Under the pieces are notes generated by a model that was not told the origin of the DNA, searched no databases, and saw only the letters and a program-made list of their open reading frames with translations. A DNA stretch of 64,000 bases, from the IMG/VR virus record IMGVR_UViG_3300043570_001741, positions 32,001 through 96,000 of that record; one strand, given 5' to 3'. Each line of letters begins with the position of its first letter. Within the stretch, counting starts at the first letter, position 1. This DNA is from a virus. The position numbers and the translations under genes were made by a program. Shown here piece after piece: positions 47,533 to 55,469 of this stretch.

Positions 47533-47838
47533 ATGACTAAAGTCCTCTCCCCCCTCGCAATTGAATTAGCTTCTGCTCGTCAATCCCTCTCTTTCTTTAA
47601 GAGCGAAGTCCAGTTCTTGGCCGCAAAGGTTAAACTGGAAAGAATTGATGCTAAACTGGCAAAGGCTGATGCCCGCCGTGCTCGCCGTGATGCTGCTATT
47701 GCAAAAGCTCAGGCTAAACTTGACCGCTTAATGGCTCCCGTTGGTTCTAAAGCCACTAAGGCTAACCGCAAACCTTCAAGAGCAAAGACCACTAAATTTG
47801 CTTCCGTTGTAACCGAATTGGATACAGCGACAGCATAA
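47533..47838 (+). CDS. Basic Ala/Lys-rich early protein
   Basis: AAGGA RBS; coiled-coil, histone-like composition. Confidence 0.7.
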   Translation: MTKVLSPLAIELASARQSLSFFKSEVQFLAAKVKLERIDAKLAKADARRARRDAAIAKAQAKLDRLMAPVGSKATKANRKPSRAKTTKFASVVTELDTATA

Positions 47839-47839
47839 C

Positions 47840-47956
47840 CACTTTGAGACCGCATGAGGAACTGTGGTATTACAAAGGCCCATGCCAACATGGGCCCTCA
47901 AAGTGTAAAGCAAAGGGATCGCATCCCCGAGGCTCCAGTTGAAAAATTACTGGGAA
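47840..47956 (+). ncRNA. Candidate structured RNA (three-way junction plus two hairpins)
   Basis: CACTTTGAG/CTCAAAGTG closes ACCGCA/TGTGGT and GGCCCATG/CATGGGCC. Confidence 0.55.
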
Positions 47957-47973
47957 TTAATTTAGGATAAAGT

Positions 47974-48189
47974 ATGACCAATTTTGCTATGTTCTCCGAT
48001 GCTGGTAACCAGAAGGTTGCCGCCATTGTAGATTTCGCTTCAAAGCACCAACTGGGATGGCAAGAGGTCATGCCGTTGTTGCGTAACCTTGCTAGCTCAG
48101 ACTATGAGCTCTATGGTGAGGCTACCGATACTGCTGTGCGTGAGGCAGTTTATGAAGCCCTCCTTTTAACCACCGATTCTTACGTATGA
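47974..48189 (+). CDS. Early hypothetical protein
   Basis: F.MFS..GN..V..IV, E..DTAVRE.VY. Confidence 0.7.
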   Translation: MTNFAMFSDAGNQKVAAIVDFASKHQLGWQEVMPLLRNLASSDYELYGEATDTAVREAVYEALLLTTDSYV

Positions 48190-48404
48190 AAATTGAGACA
48201 GCCATTAGTATCCTGAATAAGGAAAGAGAATTTCTAGGCATGACCTTTTTAGGCCTGCTGGTTGATATTCAGAAGGAACAGAGCACCTTCCCAGACATGG
48301 TGTATAGCCAGAAGGTCATACAGGCCTACAATAGGTTCATGGTGGATGGACAGAATTTATTTGCACCCGTTGCAGAAAAACAACAGAGTCCAATTAGTGC
48401 TTGA
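48186..48404 (+). CDS. Early hypothetical protein
   Basis: ATGA coupling. Confidence 0.6.
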   Translation: MKIETAISILNKEREFLGMTFLGLLVDIQKEQSTFPDMVYSQKVIQAYNRFMVDGQNLFAPVAEKQQSPISA

Positions 48405-48428
48405 CATTACCACCTCCTGTGTTATACT
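48369..48428 (+). promoter_or_regulatory. Early promoter with GTTG-N8-CAAC palindrome
   Basis: Palindrome 48369-48384; TTGACA-16-TATACT. Confidence 0.75.
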
Positions 48429-48455
48429 CCATCCATACATTGAGAAAGCAAGAAA

Positions 48456-48563
48456 ATGATTGATTTTATTAACGACCACTTTGAGACCACCATCCTTCCC
48501 ATCCTGTTTGCGCTGGGTGTGGCCGTGGTGATCCTTGACCTTTTCTTTTGGAGAGCAGTATGA
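48456..48563 (+). CDS. 35-aa single-TM protein (not in ORF track)
   Basis: MIDFINDHFETTILPILFALGVAVVILDLFFWRAV, directly after the promoter leader. Confidence 0.55.
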   Translation: MIDFINDHFETTILPILFALGVAVVILDLFFWRAV

Positions 48564-48799
48564 GCAAGATGAGCAACCTAATGATAGCCATTCAGGAAGA
48601 CCTGAGTGCAGCCCGCCTGTCCTTTGCTGAGATAGCAGCCAAGCATGAGGTACCACTTGATTGGGTGGACTCTGTGGCCAATGAGATGGCCGACCATTAT
48701 GATGAGAGCATGGATGGAGACTTTGATTCAGCCATGGCCAGTGCAGGCTATGGTACGGATGAGGACTATGGTTGCTACGGTGCTGACGACTATTATTGA
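48560..48799 (+). CDS. Acidic early hypothetical protein
   Basis: DESMDGDFDSAMASAG.GTDEDYG motif. Confidence 0.7.
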   Translation: MSKMSNLMIAIQEDLSAARLSFAEIAAKHEVPLDWVDSVANEMADHYDESMDGDFDSAMASAGYGTDEDYGCYGADDYY

Positions 48800-48973
48800 G
48801 GTGGTCAAGGAAAGCCTTCCAGACAGTCCACGGGAGTCCTCTACAAGCAGACTACAATTGTCTAAGGTTGTTACCATCGCTCTAACGAAGACTTAACTAT
48901 GGTCAATCCCAGTCCATCCACAGAAATTTTCTAAATTTTTTTTTCGGCCAGGAATTGGCCTCAGGAGTTGGTT

Positions 48974-49426
48974 ATGCCGTTAGAACGGAATGTTGATTTA
49001 TGGGGTGAAGAATCTATCATAGAAACCAATGAGTGTTCTATGTCTGGTTGTACTAATCCTAGAGATAATGCAGGAAATGGAAATTATCATTCATTATGTT
49101 CAACGCACCATAAAGAAAAATATCTAATGAGTGGATGGAATTACAAGCAATATCGCAAAAATTATTGTGAGAATATTGATGGTCGTTTTGGATTTAAATG
49201 TACCACTACGATTATCATGGATGCACAATTGACGGTTGACCATATTGATGGTAATAATAAGAATAATAATCTAAGTAACCTACAGACACTTTGCTTTGAT
49301 TGTCATGTGATAAAGACTAATGTTAATGGTGATAGGCAGAAGGATCATAGGCCTACAGAAGGACAGCGAATATTACGCTGGGAAAAATTTCTAAATTCTA
49401 TGAAAGAAAAGGAAATGTTGATATGA
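48974..49426 (+). CDS. HNH endonuclease-like protein
   Basis: VDHIDGN..NN..SNLQTLC..CH..K. Confidence 0.85.
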   Translation: MPLERNVDLWGEESIIETNECSMSGCTNPRDNAGNGNYHSLCSTHHKEKYLMSGWNYKQYRKNYCENIDGRFGFKCTTTIIMDAQLTVDHIDGNNKNNNLSNLQTLCFDCHVIKTNVNGDRQKDHRPTEGQRILRWEKFLNSMKEKEMLI

Positions 49427-49444
49427 TTTTTAATTGGATATAAT

Positions 49445-49645
49445 ATGACCACTGCTATTTTTTCTAATTGCCCTATTGATACCCTCGACCATTTCCGTCA
49501 GGTAATGGCTTCCCGTGGAAAATTCTTCCGTATCCGATATAGAGGACCACGAAATACTCCCAAAGATATGGGTCGTGGATTCATGTCGAGGCAGTCTACT
49601 TGCCTCAAGGCTAATGCTAAAACTTTTTCTGTTTATACCTACTAA
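49445..49645 (+). CDS. Hypothetical protein
   Basis: RIRYRGPR...CLK..A..FSVY. Confidence 0.65.
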   Translation: MTTAIFSNCPIDTLDHFRQVMASRGKFFRIRYRGPRNTPKDMGRGFMSRQSTCLKANAKTFSVYTY

Positions 49646-49646
49646 T

Positions 49647-49838
49647 ATGAATAGCATTGAAAAGGTCTGGGCTCGTGCAACGGGTCACTTGATGGGACAT
49701 ACGGATGATGATAGACCGGATGTTCCTGTTCTTACTCTACGTGAAGCAAGGGTTGCGTTATTTCTCAAAACTTTTTGGGTTATTATACATACAGTAACTT
49801 GCTTCTTTATTATGGCTAATACAATAAGGCATTGGTGA
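49647..49838 (+). CDS. Small membrane protein
   Basis: WARA.G, C-terminal TM segment, N.IRHW. Confidence 0.65.
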   Translation: MNSIEKVWARATGHLMGHTDDDRPDVPVLTLREARVALFLKTFWVIIHTVTCFFIMANTIRHW

Positions 49839-50068
49839 TGAAGGTCTATATACTAGAAAAATATTCTCCCGAGGATGATTATGATGAGGATCGTCTGGTC
49901 GACCGTTTGACAGTTTTAAATGTTTTCTCTACAAGGGAGAAAGCAAAGGAATGGATGGATTCTTACATAAGGGAAGAATGGCAAATTGAGGATGATTTCA
50001 CGGATGACTTGGAAGATGAAGTTTATCCTGTTGAATTTTTTATTAAATCATATGAACTATTGGATTAA
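49838..50068 (+). CDS. Acidic hypothetical protein
   Basis: MKVYIL..., VFSTREKA. Confidence 0.6.
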   Translation: MKVYILEKYSPEDDYDEDRLVDRLTVLNVFSTREKAKEWMDSYIREEWQIEDDFTDDLEDEVYPVEFFIKSYELLD

Positions 50069-50070
50069 AA

Positions 50071-50301
50071 ATGACACCTAAACAAACTGCACTTAAAAAT
50101 GTATCAATCTTTGCGGCTACGGCACTTACTGTCGGTGTTGCATTGGCTTATGTAATTGCATATGTCAGCCTTGCTACTGTGGTAACTATTACCATGGCGG
50201 CTCTATTCGTTTACCTTTTGAAGGTTCTATATGATATGGAATTGTACAAGGCAGAGGCTTTGGATAAGCTGAATGGAAAGAACAATGACGATACGCTATA
50301 A
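50071..50301 (+). CDS. Two-TM membrane protein
   Basis: Hydrophobic hairpin. Confidence 0.6.
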   Translation: MTPKQTALKNVSIFAATALTVGVALAYVIAYVSLATVVTITMAALFVYLLKVLYDMELYKAEALDKLNGKNNDDTL

Positions 50302-50572
50302 TACCAACTGGATGGGTCCAATAAACATGGAGTGGATCCGGCAGAATGGTGATGGTTGGTCGGTTGGTCGCATTGATTGCCGAGGTACTGGACTGGATAT
50401 GTACGGAGAAGAACTGGATCTTCCTCCTATGAAGTCTGAGGACTGGCATAGGTTTAGTGAGTGGCTCTGGAACTTTGAAACCGAGGATCTCTGGACTCTT
50501 GAGCAATTGGTGGCGGAGTATGAAAAGACTAGCCCAAAAATTGTATGGTTAAGGAATGAATTATATGACTAA
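50285..50572 (+). CDS. Trp-rich hypothetical protein
   Basis: YNTNWMGP...W..GRID. Confidence 0.6.
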   Translation: MTIRYNTNWMGPINMEWIRQNGDGWSVGRIDCRGTGLDMYGEELDLPPMKSEDWHRFSEWLWNFETEDLWTLEQLVAEYEKTSPKIVWLRNELYD

Positions 50573-50725
50573 AGATGAAATGCTAAACGCTCTGGCACAG
50601 GCCGCTAACCAATGTTCTGATGTTTACTTTGCGGCCCGTACATCGGGTGATACTGAATTGGAAGACTTAATGTCGGCCGTGGATAGCTGTATTATGGAAG
50701 CCATAGATAAGGTCGAGGAGTTAAA

Positions 50726-50917
50726 ATGAATGAACAAATAAAAAAACTAGCAGCTAAGGCTAATTTTGGCCATATAGAAAATGGTGAGGTGGTGTATGAC
50801 CATCGATTGGAAAAATTCGCCGAGTTGATTATACTGGATTGTGCCAAGATTGCTGATATTGCGGAACCCTATAAATATTCTGACTTAATTAAAAACCATT
50901 TTGGAATTAAAGAATGA
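50726..50917 (+). CDS. Hypothetical protein (EKFA.L...C family)
   Basis: GAGGAG RBS; ends HFGIKE. Confidence 0.7.
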   Translation: MNEQIKKLAAKANFGHIENGEVVYDHRLEKFAELIILDCAKIADIAEPYKYSDLIKNHFGIKE

Positions 50918-51159
50918 ATGAGCGGATACAAGAACTAGCCGAACAATGCGGGTTTAAACCACAGCCGAGTATCTATGACCGAAACCAATCGTTTGACATT
51001 GAGAAATTTGCCAAGTTAATTATCCAAGACTGTGTTGCTCAGGTTGCGCTTGTGGGTATCAGCAATACAAGCTTCGAGAGATGGGTGGGAGAAGATATAG
51101 CATGGGGATGTAGTAAGTCCATTGAATGCATTAAAGAACATTTTGGAATTAAAGAATGA
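50914..51159 (+). CDS. Hypothetical protein (tandem paralog of 50726)
   Basis: MNE.I..LA, EKFA.LII.DC, HFGIKE. Confidence 0.7.
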   Translation: MNERIQELAEQCGFKPQPSIYDRNQSFDIEKFAKLIIQDCVAQVALVGISNTSFERWVGEDIAWGCSKSIECIKEHFGIKE

Positions 51160-51392
51160 GTGAAACACCTGCAAGCTCTAGTCCAGGCATATCGGGCTTT
51201 ATTGAAATCTTTGATGGTAGGCTTAATAAGATGAAGCTACACCTTAAAGAAGAATTGAGTAAAGCCAAACACGATAGAGACCGTAAAGCTATACGCAGGA
51301 TTATTGCTGATGCCAGGAAACTTAACAAGACACTAAAAGAAATGCGTAATGCAAATACCAAACTGTGTCCACATTGCGGAGAGAAATTATGA
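51156..51392 (+). CDS. Hypothetical protein with C-terminal CPHCG
   Basis: Coupled ORF. Confidence 0.65.
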   Translation: MSETPASSSPGISGFIEIFDGRLNKMKLHLKEELSKAKHDRDRKAIRRIIADARKLNKTLKEMRNANTKLCPHCGEKL

Positions 51393-51757
51393 AAACAGAT
51401 GATATACAACAAGAGGTTAATCGTATGACCGAAAGTAGAATGAATAAAGTTATACGTGACGGCAAAGTGGCCGTTCTAGTATCACCCGGCCATGGTGCCG
51501 GTTGGTCAACATGGAATAGTTTGGTTGAAGGCCGAGAGAACCTTCTTTTTGACCCTGAAATTGTGGAATGCGTGGAGCGTGGAGACCTGGATATGGCTCA
51601 ATACGTTGCAGCCAAAAAATACCCTAATGGTTATTGGGGTGGAGCTGACCAGCTGACTATATGCTGGGTACCAGTGGGAACACATTTTAGAATCCATGAA
51701 TATGATGGGTTCGAATCGGTGGAAATCCGTGATGATATTAATTGGGTTGTAGCATAA
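51389..51757 (+). CDS. Conserved phage hypothetical protein
   Basis: VAVL.SPG.GAGWSTWN, F.I.EYDG.E. Confidence 0.75.
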   Translation: MKTDDIQQEVNRMTESRMNKVIRDGKVAVLVSPGHGAGWSTWNSLVEGRENLLFDPEIVECVERGDLDMAQYVAAKKYPNGYWGGADQLTICWVPVGTHFRIHEYDGFESVEIRDDINWVVA

Positions 51758-52088
51758 GGTTTATATGGAAATTGATGTAGAAAAAATTGGTGGTTATATT
51801 AAGACAGGTTTTAAAATCGTCTTGTGGGTGTCTGTTCTTATGGCATTCTACTTTACCGATTGGGGCTGGGCAACCGCTTCAGCAGCACTCTTAGCAGTCC
51901 TTGAGTTGGAAGAAATTAATGGAAAACTCGACTGACGAGCAAGCCATTGAATTGTGGAATAAACTGGTAGAATATTATGGCGATAATTTACCAAGTTTTG
52001 AGCATGAGCCAATACAGTTTGAGCATTGTGTCAAGCTGTATCGGTATTACAACTAAAGTATTCATTTCCTAATGAGTATCCATGCGCT

Positions 52089-52139
52089 GTTGTTTATAGG
52101 CAACAGGGCTCTTGACATTTACTCCAGTTCTGTTAGAAT
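52089..52139 (+). promoter_or_regulatory. Early promoter with GTTG-N8-CAAC palindrome
   Basis: Palindrome 52089-52104; TTGACA-16-TAGAAT. Confidence 0.75.
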
Positions 52140-52145
52140 GGACCA

Positions 52146-52463
52146 ATGATGAATAGAAAAAAGCGCTCTGACCGCAACCACGTTTTGTATCGGGTTATTT
52201 GTACTGATACTGGCGATTCTTATATTGGCCTAACCGTAGCACAAGGCCAGGCTTTTGTTCGCTCTGTTAAAGTTCGTTGGCAAAAGCATGTTAGCCGTGC
52301 TGTGCGTGAGGACAAGGATTGGTCAATGTGCCAATTCATCCGTGATAATGCGGAAGCTGAATTCAGATATGAAGTTCTGGAAATTGTACGTGGTAGAAAA
52401 CCAGCTCACCAACGTGAGCGTGAGTTGATTGCCGAATTGGAACCAACCTTAAATACCTTTTAA
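52146..52463 (+). CDS. GIY-YIG-like protein
   Basis: LY.......YIGLT, R..KH, E..LI....P.LN. Confidence 0.7.
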   Translation: MMNRKKRSDRNHVLYRVICTDTGDSYIGLTVAQGQAFVRSVKVRWQKHVSRAVREDKDWSMCQFIRDNAEAEFRYEVLEIVRGRKPAHQRERELIAELEPTLNTF

Positions 52464-52702
52464 TGGAGGAAACTAGTATGAACGAATGGGATAGAGATAA
52501 TCTGAATTTTATTTTAAATACCGGTGAAAATGAATTCGCAAACTGGATGTTACAGGCTGATGCCGATGATATCAATTATGCCTTAGAATTGATTGATACA
52601 CACCGCATGGAATTAAACATAAAACAATCCTTGCTTCGAGAGACTGGCGAGGATATTGATATTACACAAGCGAAACAAGTATTAAATAAATTCCGCTGTT
52701 GA
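52463..52702 (+). CDS. Hypothetical protein
   Basis: D.DNL.FIL, DD..YALEL. Confidence 0.65.
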   Translation: MEETSMNEWDRDNLNFILNTGENEFANWMLQADADDINYALELIDTHRMELNIKQSLLRETGEDIDITQAKQVLNKFRC

Positions 52703-52711
52703 AAGAATAAA

Positions 52712-53185
52712 ATGAACCTTATATTAGATATGCGGAAAAGTGACCGCAGGGATTTAATTGAAGCCTGCGTTAAGTTTTATTCGCAAGAATTGAAGATTGA
52801 CAAAAAAAGGTTCACCCTTGCTGTGTTCTCTAAAAAGGATTTAGCAAAAGACCATGCAGCCAATGGAGTTGCTATGAGACTGACCGATGGAATCTATGGA
52901 ATGGATTTAGATTCACGGCTCAGTATGGAAAAATTAATTGAAGTGATTGCACATGAAATGGTGCATATTAAGCAGTTCGCCACTGGCCAATTGAAATACA
53001 AAGGCCGCAGTTTATTCTGGCGTGGCGAAAAAGTTATTAGAAGTAGGATTAACTATTATGACCATCCTTGGGAAATTGAGGCATGGTCAAAAGAAAAGGT
53101 GCTAGCAGCTAAAGTGTTTAAACTTTGGATGAAAGCCGAGGATGTTCACAATGGAAAATATAACAGAAATAAAAGCAAAGCGTAG
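52712..53185 (+). CDS. Zincin-like metallopeptidase
   Basis: AHEMVH.KQ, PWEIEA. Confidence 0.8.
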   Translation: MNLILDMRKSDRRDLIEACVKFYSQELKIDKKRFTLAVFSKKDLAKDHAANGVAMRLTDGIYGMDLDSRLSMEKLIEVIAHEMVHIKQFATGQLKYKGRSLFWRGEKVIRSRINYYDHPWEIEAWSKEKVLAAKVFKLWMKAEDVHNGKYNRNKSKA

Positions 53186-53303
53186 TATATTGTTCAAGGA
53201 CTTACGTAGCCCGAAGTATCGCCAGCGTGTGGTCAATAGCAAGAAACAATATAACCGTAATGTTGAGAAACAAAATTTTAAAAAGCAAATCGATGGAACA
53301 TGA
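53151..53303 (+). CDS. 50-aa basic peptide resembling ArfA (not in ORF track)
   Basis: GAGG RBS; KDLRSPKYRQRVVNSKKQYNR. Confidence 0.5.
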   Translation: MENITEIKAKRSILFKDLRSPKYRQRVVNSKKQYNRNVEKQNFKKQIDGT

Positions 53304-53628
53304 TGGTATCTTTTTCACCCCTGCAAATGATTACGATTTAGAGTTATCATTTTTTGATTTGAAAGAAAACCGCGGAACGCCAATTGATGGAAGTAAATAT
53401 GGTGACAAATACCATATTGCTTTCTTTAAAGGATTACCGGATGGTGAAGTGGTATTTGACGAATCATTTGAAGCTATCTTTGCCGACCCTGTGACTTATA
53501 TCAGAGGGCTGGTTGGGTGTGAATTGTTCGGATGCATTCTCAAAAAAACAACAACCTCAACAAAATGGTTCGAAGATTACCTCACAAGAACTAAAGAATC
53601 TGTTAAGCTACTTAATGAAAACTCTTAA
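53293..53628 (+). CDS. Hypothetical protein
   Basis: Coupled ORF. Confidence 0.6.
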   Translation: MEHDGIFFTPANDYDLELSFFDLKENRGTPIDGSKYGDKYHIAFFKGLPDGEVVFDESFEAIFADPVTYIRGLVGCELFGCILKKTTTSTKWFEDYLTRTKESVKLLNENS

Positions 53629-53639
53629 AGGAAACTGAA

Positions 53640-54155
53640 ATGCCTAATTGGTGTAGTAACTCTGTAAAAATTTCTGGCTCTAAAGAACAAATTGATGCCT
53701 TGGAACAATTCTTAAAAGAATCAAATGGTAAAGACTGGTTCGATTTCTTTCGACCTATTCCACCTGAATATAAAGAAGGTGAATTGTGGTATGGTTGGTC
53801 TATCAACAATTGGGGTTGCAAATGGAATTGTGATGCTCAAGATTGGTCAAGAGAAGATGTTGAGGATGAAGATGTATCAACGATTTCATTTTGGTTTGAT
53901 TCTCCTTGGGGTCCGCCAATTGCTTTATATGAAGCCGCTACTGAAGATGGTTATTATATTGAAGCATATTACCTTGAAGAAGGTATGGGCTTTGTAGGAA
54001 AGTTTGAAGATGGTTTTGATGATTATAATGAGTTTGATTTAGCAGACCCTGATTCTTTAGACCTCATTGATGATGATATTATTGAATTTTGGGATTTGAG
54101 AACACGCCTAGAAGATTGGCAAGATGAAAATCCACCGGAGGAAGATGATGAATAA
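53640..54155 (+). CDS. DUF1281/YubB ferredoxin-like domain protein
   Basis: MPNWC.N, WY.W...NWG.KW, FDSPW.PP, Y.E.GM.F.G. Confidence 0.8.
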   Translation: MPNWCSNSVKISGSKEQIDALEQFLKESNGKDWFDFFRPIPPEYKEGELWYGWSINNWGCKWNCDAQDWSREDVEDEDVSTISFWFDSPWGPPIALYEAATEDGYYIEAYYLEEGMGFVGKFEDGFDDYNEFDLADPDSLDLIDDDIIEFWDLRTRLEDWQDENPPEEDDE

Positions 54156-54348
54156 TACATTTTCTATTTTAATTGCAATTGTTGTAATTTTATTTCTCTT
54201 AATTGTTGCTCCTTTCTTAACAATTTGGTCTTTGAACACGCTTTTTCCTGTTTTGGAGATTCCGTACACATTTGAGACTTGGTCGGCAACAATTTTATTG
54301 ACAGCTGTGCTGCAATCTTCAAGCTTGAGTTTTAAAAATCGTAAATAA
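54145..54348 (+). CDS. Small membrane protein
   Basis: IWSLNTLFP...IPY.F.TW. Confidence 0.65.
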   Translation: MMNNTFSILIAIVVILFLLIVAPFLTIWSLNTLFPVLEIPYTFETWSATILLTAVLQSSSLSFKNRK

Positions 54349-54357
54349 GGTGAAAAA

Positions 54358-54633
54358 ATGAGTGAAAAATTTGAATTTAAGACAAAAAAAGAGAAAAATT
54401 GGCTTTTGAGTGCTCTCCGTGAAAGTGAAGTGACTGTAAAATTCACAAAAAAAGACGGAAGTGAACGGACAATGATTTGTACTTTGAAAGAAGACAAAAT
54501 CCCGACTGAAAAATTGCCAAAAACTGCTGAAAAACAGAAAAATGAAGAAGTTGTTCCCGTTTTTGACCTTGAGAGTCAAGGTTGGCGTAGTTTTCGCTGG
54601 GACTCAATCAAAGAAATTCATTTTACAGTATAA
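54358..54633 (+). CDS. WYL_2/SH3-like T4-family protein
   Basis: V.FTKKDG.ER.M.CTL, VFDL...GWRSFR.D. Confidence 0.75.
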   Translation: MSEKFEFKTKKEKNWLLSALRESEVTVKFTKKDGSERTMICTLKEDKIPTEKLPKTAEKQKNEEVVPVFDLESQGWRSFRWDSIKEIHFTV

Positions 54634-54646
54634 ATAGTAGCATTAC

Positions 54647-54721
54647 CGCAGGTAGGTCAAGTTGACCCGAATGGTCTCATAAGCCATATCGAGAGTGGAG
54701 CGTTACCACTACCTGCAACCA
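54647..54721 (+). tRNA. Atypical tRNA-Met(CAT), initiator-like
   Basis: Cloverleaf with CCA, C1:A72 mismatch, loop CTCATAA; TATAAATA at 54629. Confidence 0.75.
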
Positions 54722-54741
54722 CATTTTTAGTATATTATAGC

Positions 54742-55191
54742 ATGTTACATTTAATAGAATCACTAACTGATAAATTTTTTGACTTGTTGAATCAAGATCC
54801 GGTACGCCCGAATATTCCACATGTGGACCGAATTGGTCCTAATAAAGATATTTTTGTTTTCCGTGATGCTGATGATAAAGTTAAAGCTATTACATGTGTG
54901 AGTTATCAACATTCAATTCCAACAAAGGAATCTGAATTATTTGAAAATACAGACACTCCTAACGTAGCCGTATTTTACACAATCTGGTCATATGTGCCAG
55001 GTGCTGGTCGTACATTGATTTTTGATGCGGTTCGCCACATTAAAGAGACAAGGCCGGAAATTACAAGATTTGTGACTTTAAGTCCAAAGACTGAAATGGC
55101 TAAACGTTTTCATACAAAGAATGGTGCAGGTGTTTATCGTGAAAACATCGAAACTGTTAATTATGAGTATGAAAAAGTGGAAAATACTTGA
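54742..55191 (+). CDS. Conserved hypothetical protein, GNAT-like
   Basis: DPVRP, FYTIWSY..GAGR, VTLSP.T.MA..FH.KNGA. Confidence 0.65.
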   Translation: MLHLIESLTDKFFDLLNQDPVRPNIPHVDRIGPNKDIFVFRDADDKVKAITCVSYQHSIPTKESELFENTDTPNVAVFYTIWSYVPGAGRTLIFDAVRHIKETRPEITRFVTLSPKTEMAKRFHTKNGAGVYRENIETVNYEYEKVENT

Positions 55192-55221
55192 CCTTTTTAC
55201 TTGTAATACTAAAGTTTACGC

Positions 55222-55250
55222 TTGACAAATACTAAATAATAGACTATAAT
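55222..55250 (+). promoter_or_regulatory. tRNA-array promoter P1
   Basis: Perfect TTGACA-17-TATAAT; CTAAATA late-like site inside the spacer. Confidence 0.9.
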
Positions 55251-55256
55251 ACACAA

Positions 55257-55385
55257 ATGATGCAAAATTTAAGACTCTCACCGATAACGCTAAGTGCTAT
55301 GTCACCGACATGGCAGGCCAACTATCGTTGTGAGAATCATGGCTTTATTGGAACATCAAAGGATCCAGCAGAGGTTTGTGTTTAG
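55257..55385 (+). CDS. Leaderless 42-aa attenuator leader peptide containing all 20 amino acids
   Basis: MMQNLRLSPITLSAMSPTWQANYRCENHGFIGTSKDPAEVCV; ATG starts 7 nt after the -10 box. Confidence 0.7.
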   Translation: MMQNLRLSPITLSAMSPTWQANYRCENHGFIGTSKDPAEVCV

Positions 55386-55452
55386 AATAAATTAGTAAAA
55401 TAGTTTTTTAATCACAAACCTCAGACCTAAAAAATCTGAGGTTTTTTGTTTT
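55371..55452 (+). terminator. Attenuator with mutually exclusive antiterminator and terminator
   Basis: GAGGTTTGTG (55371-80) pairs with CACAAACCTC (55413-22); alternatively AAACCTCAGA (55416-25) pairs with TCTGAGGTTT (55435-44), followed by a U-tract. Confidence 0.85.
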
Positions 55453-55469
55453 GGGCATCGTCCCTTTTA

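Noticed and set aside
47840-47905. Hammerhead ribozyme reading of the three-way junction
   Set aside because: The CUGANGA and GAAA core nucleotides are absent from the junctions.
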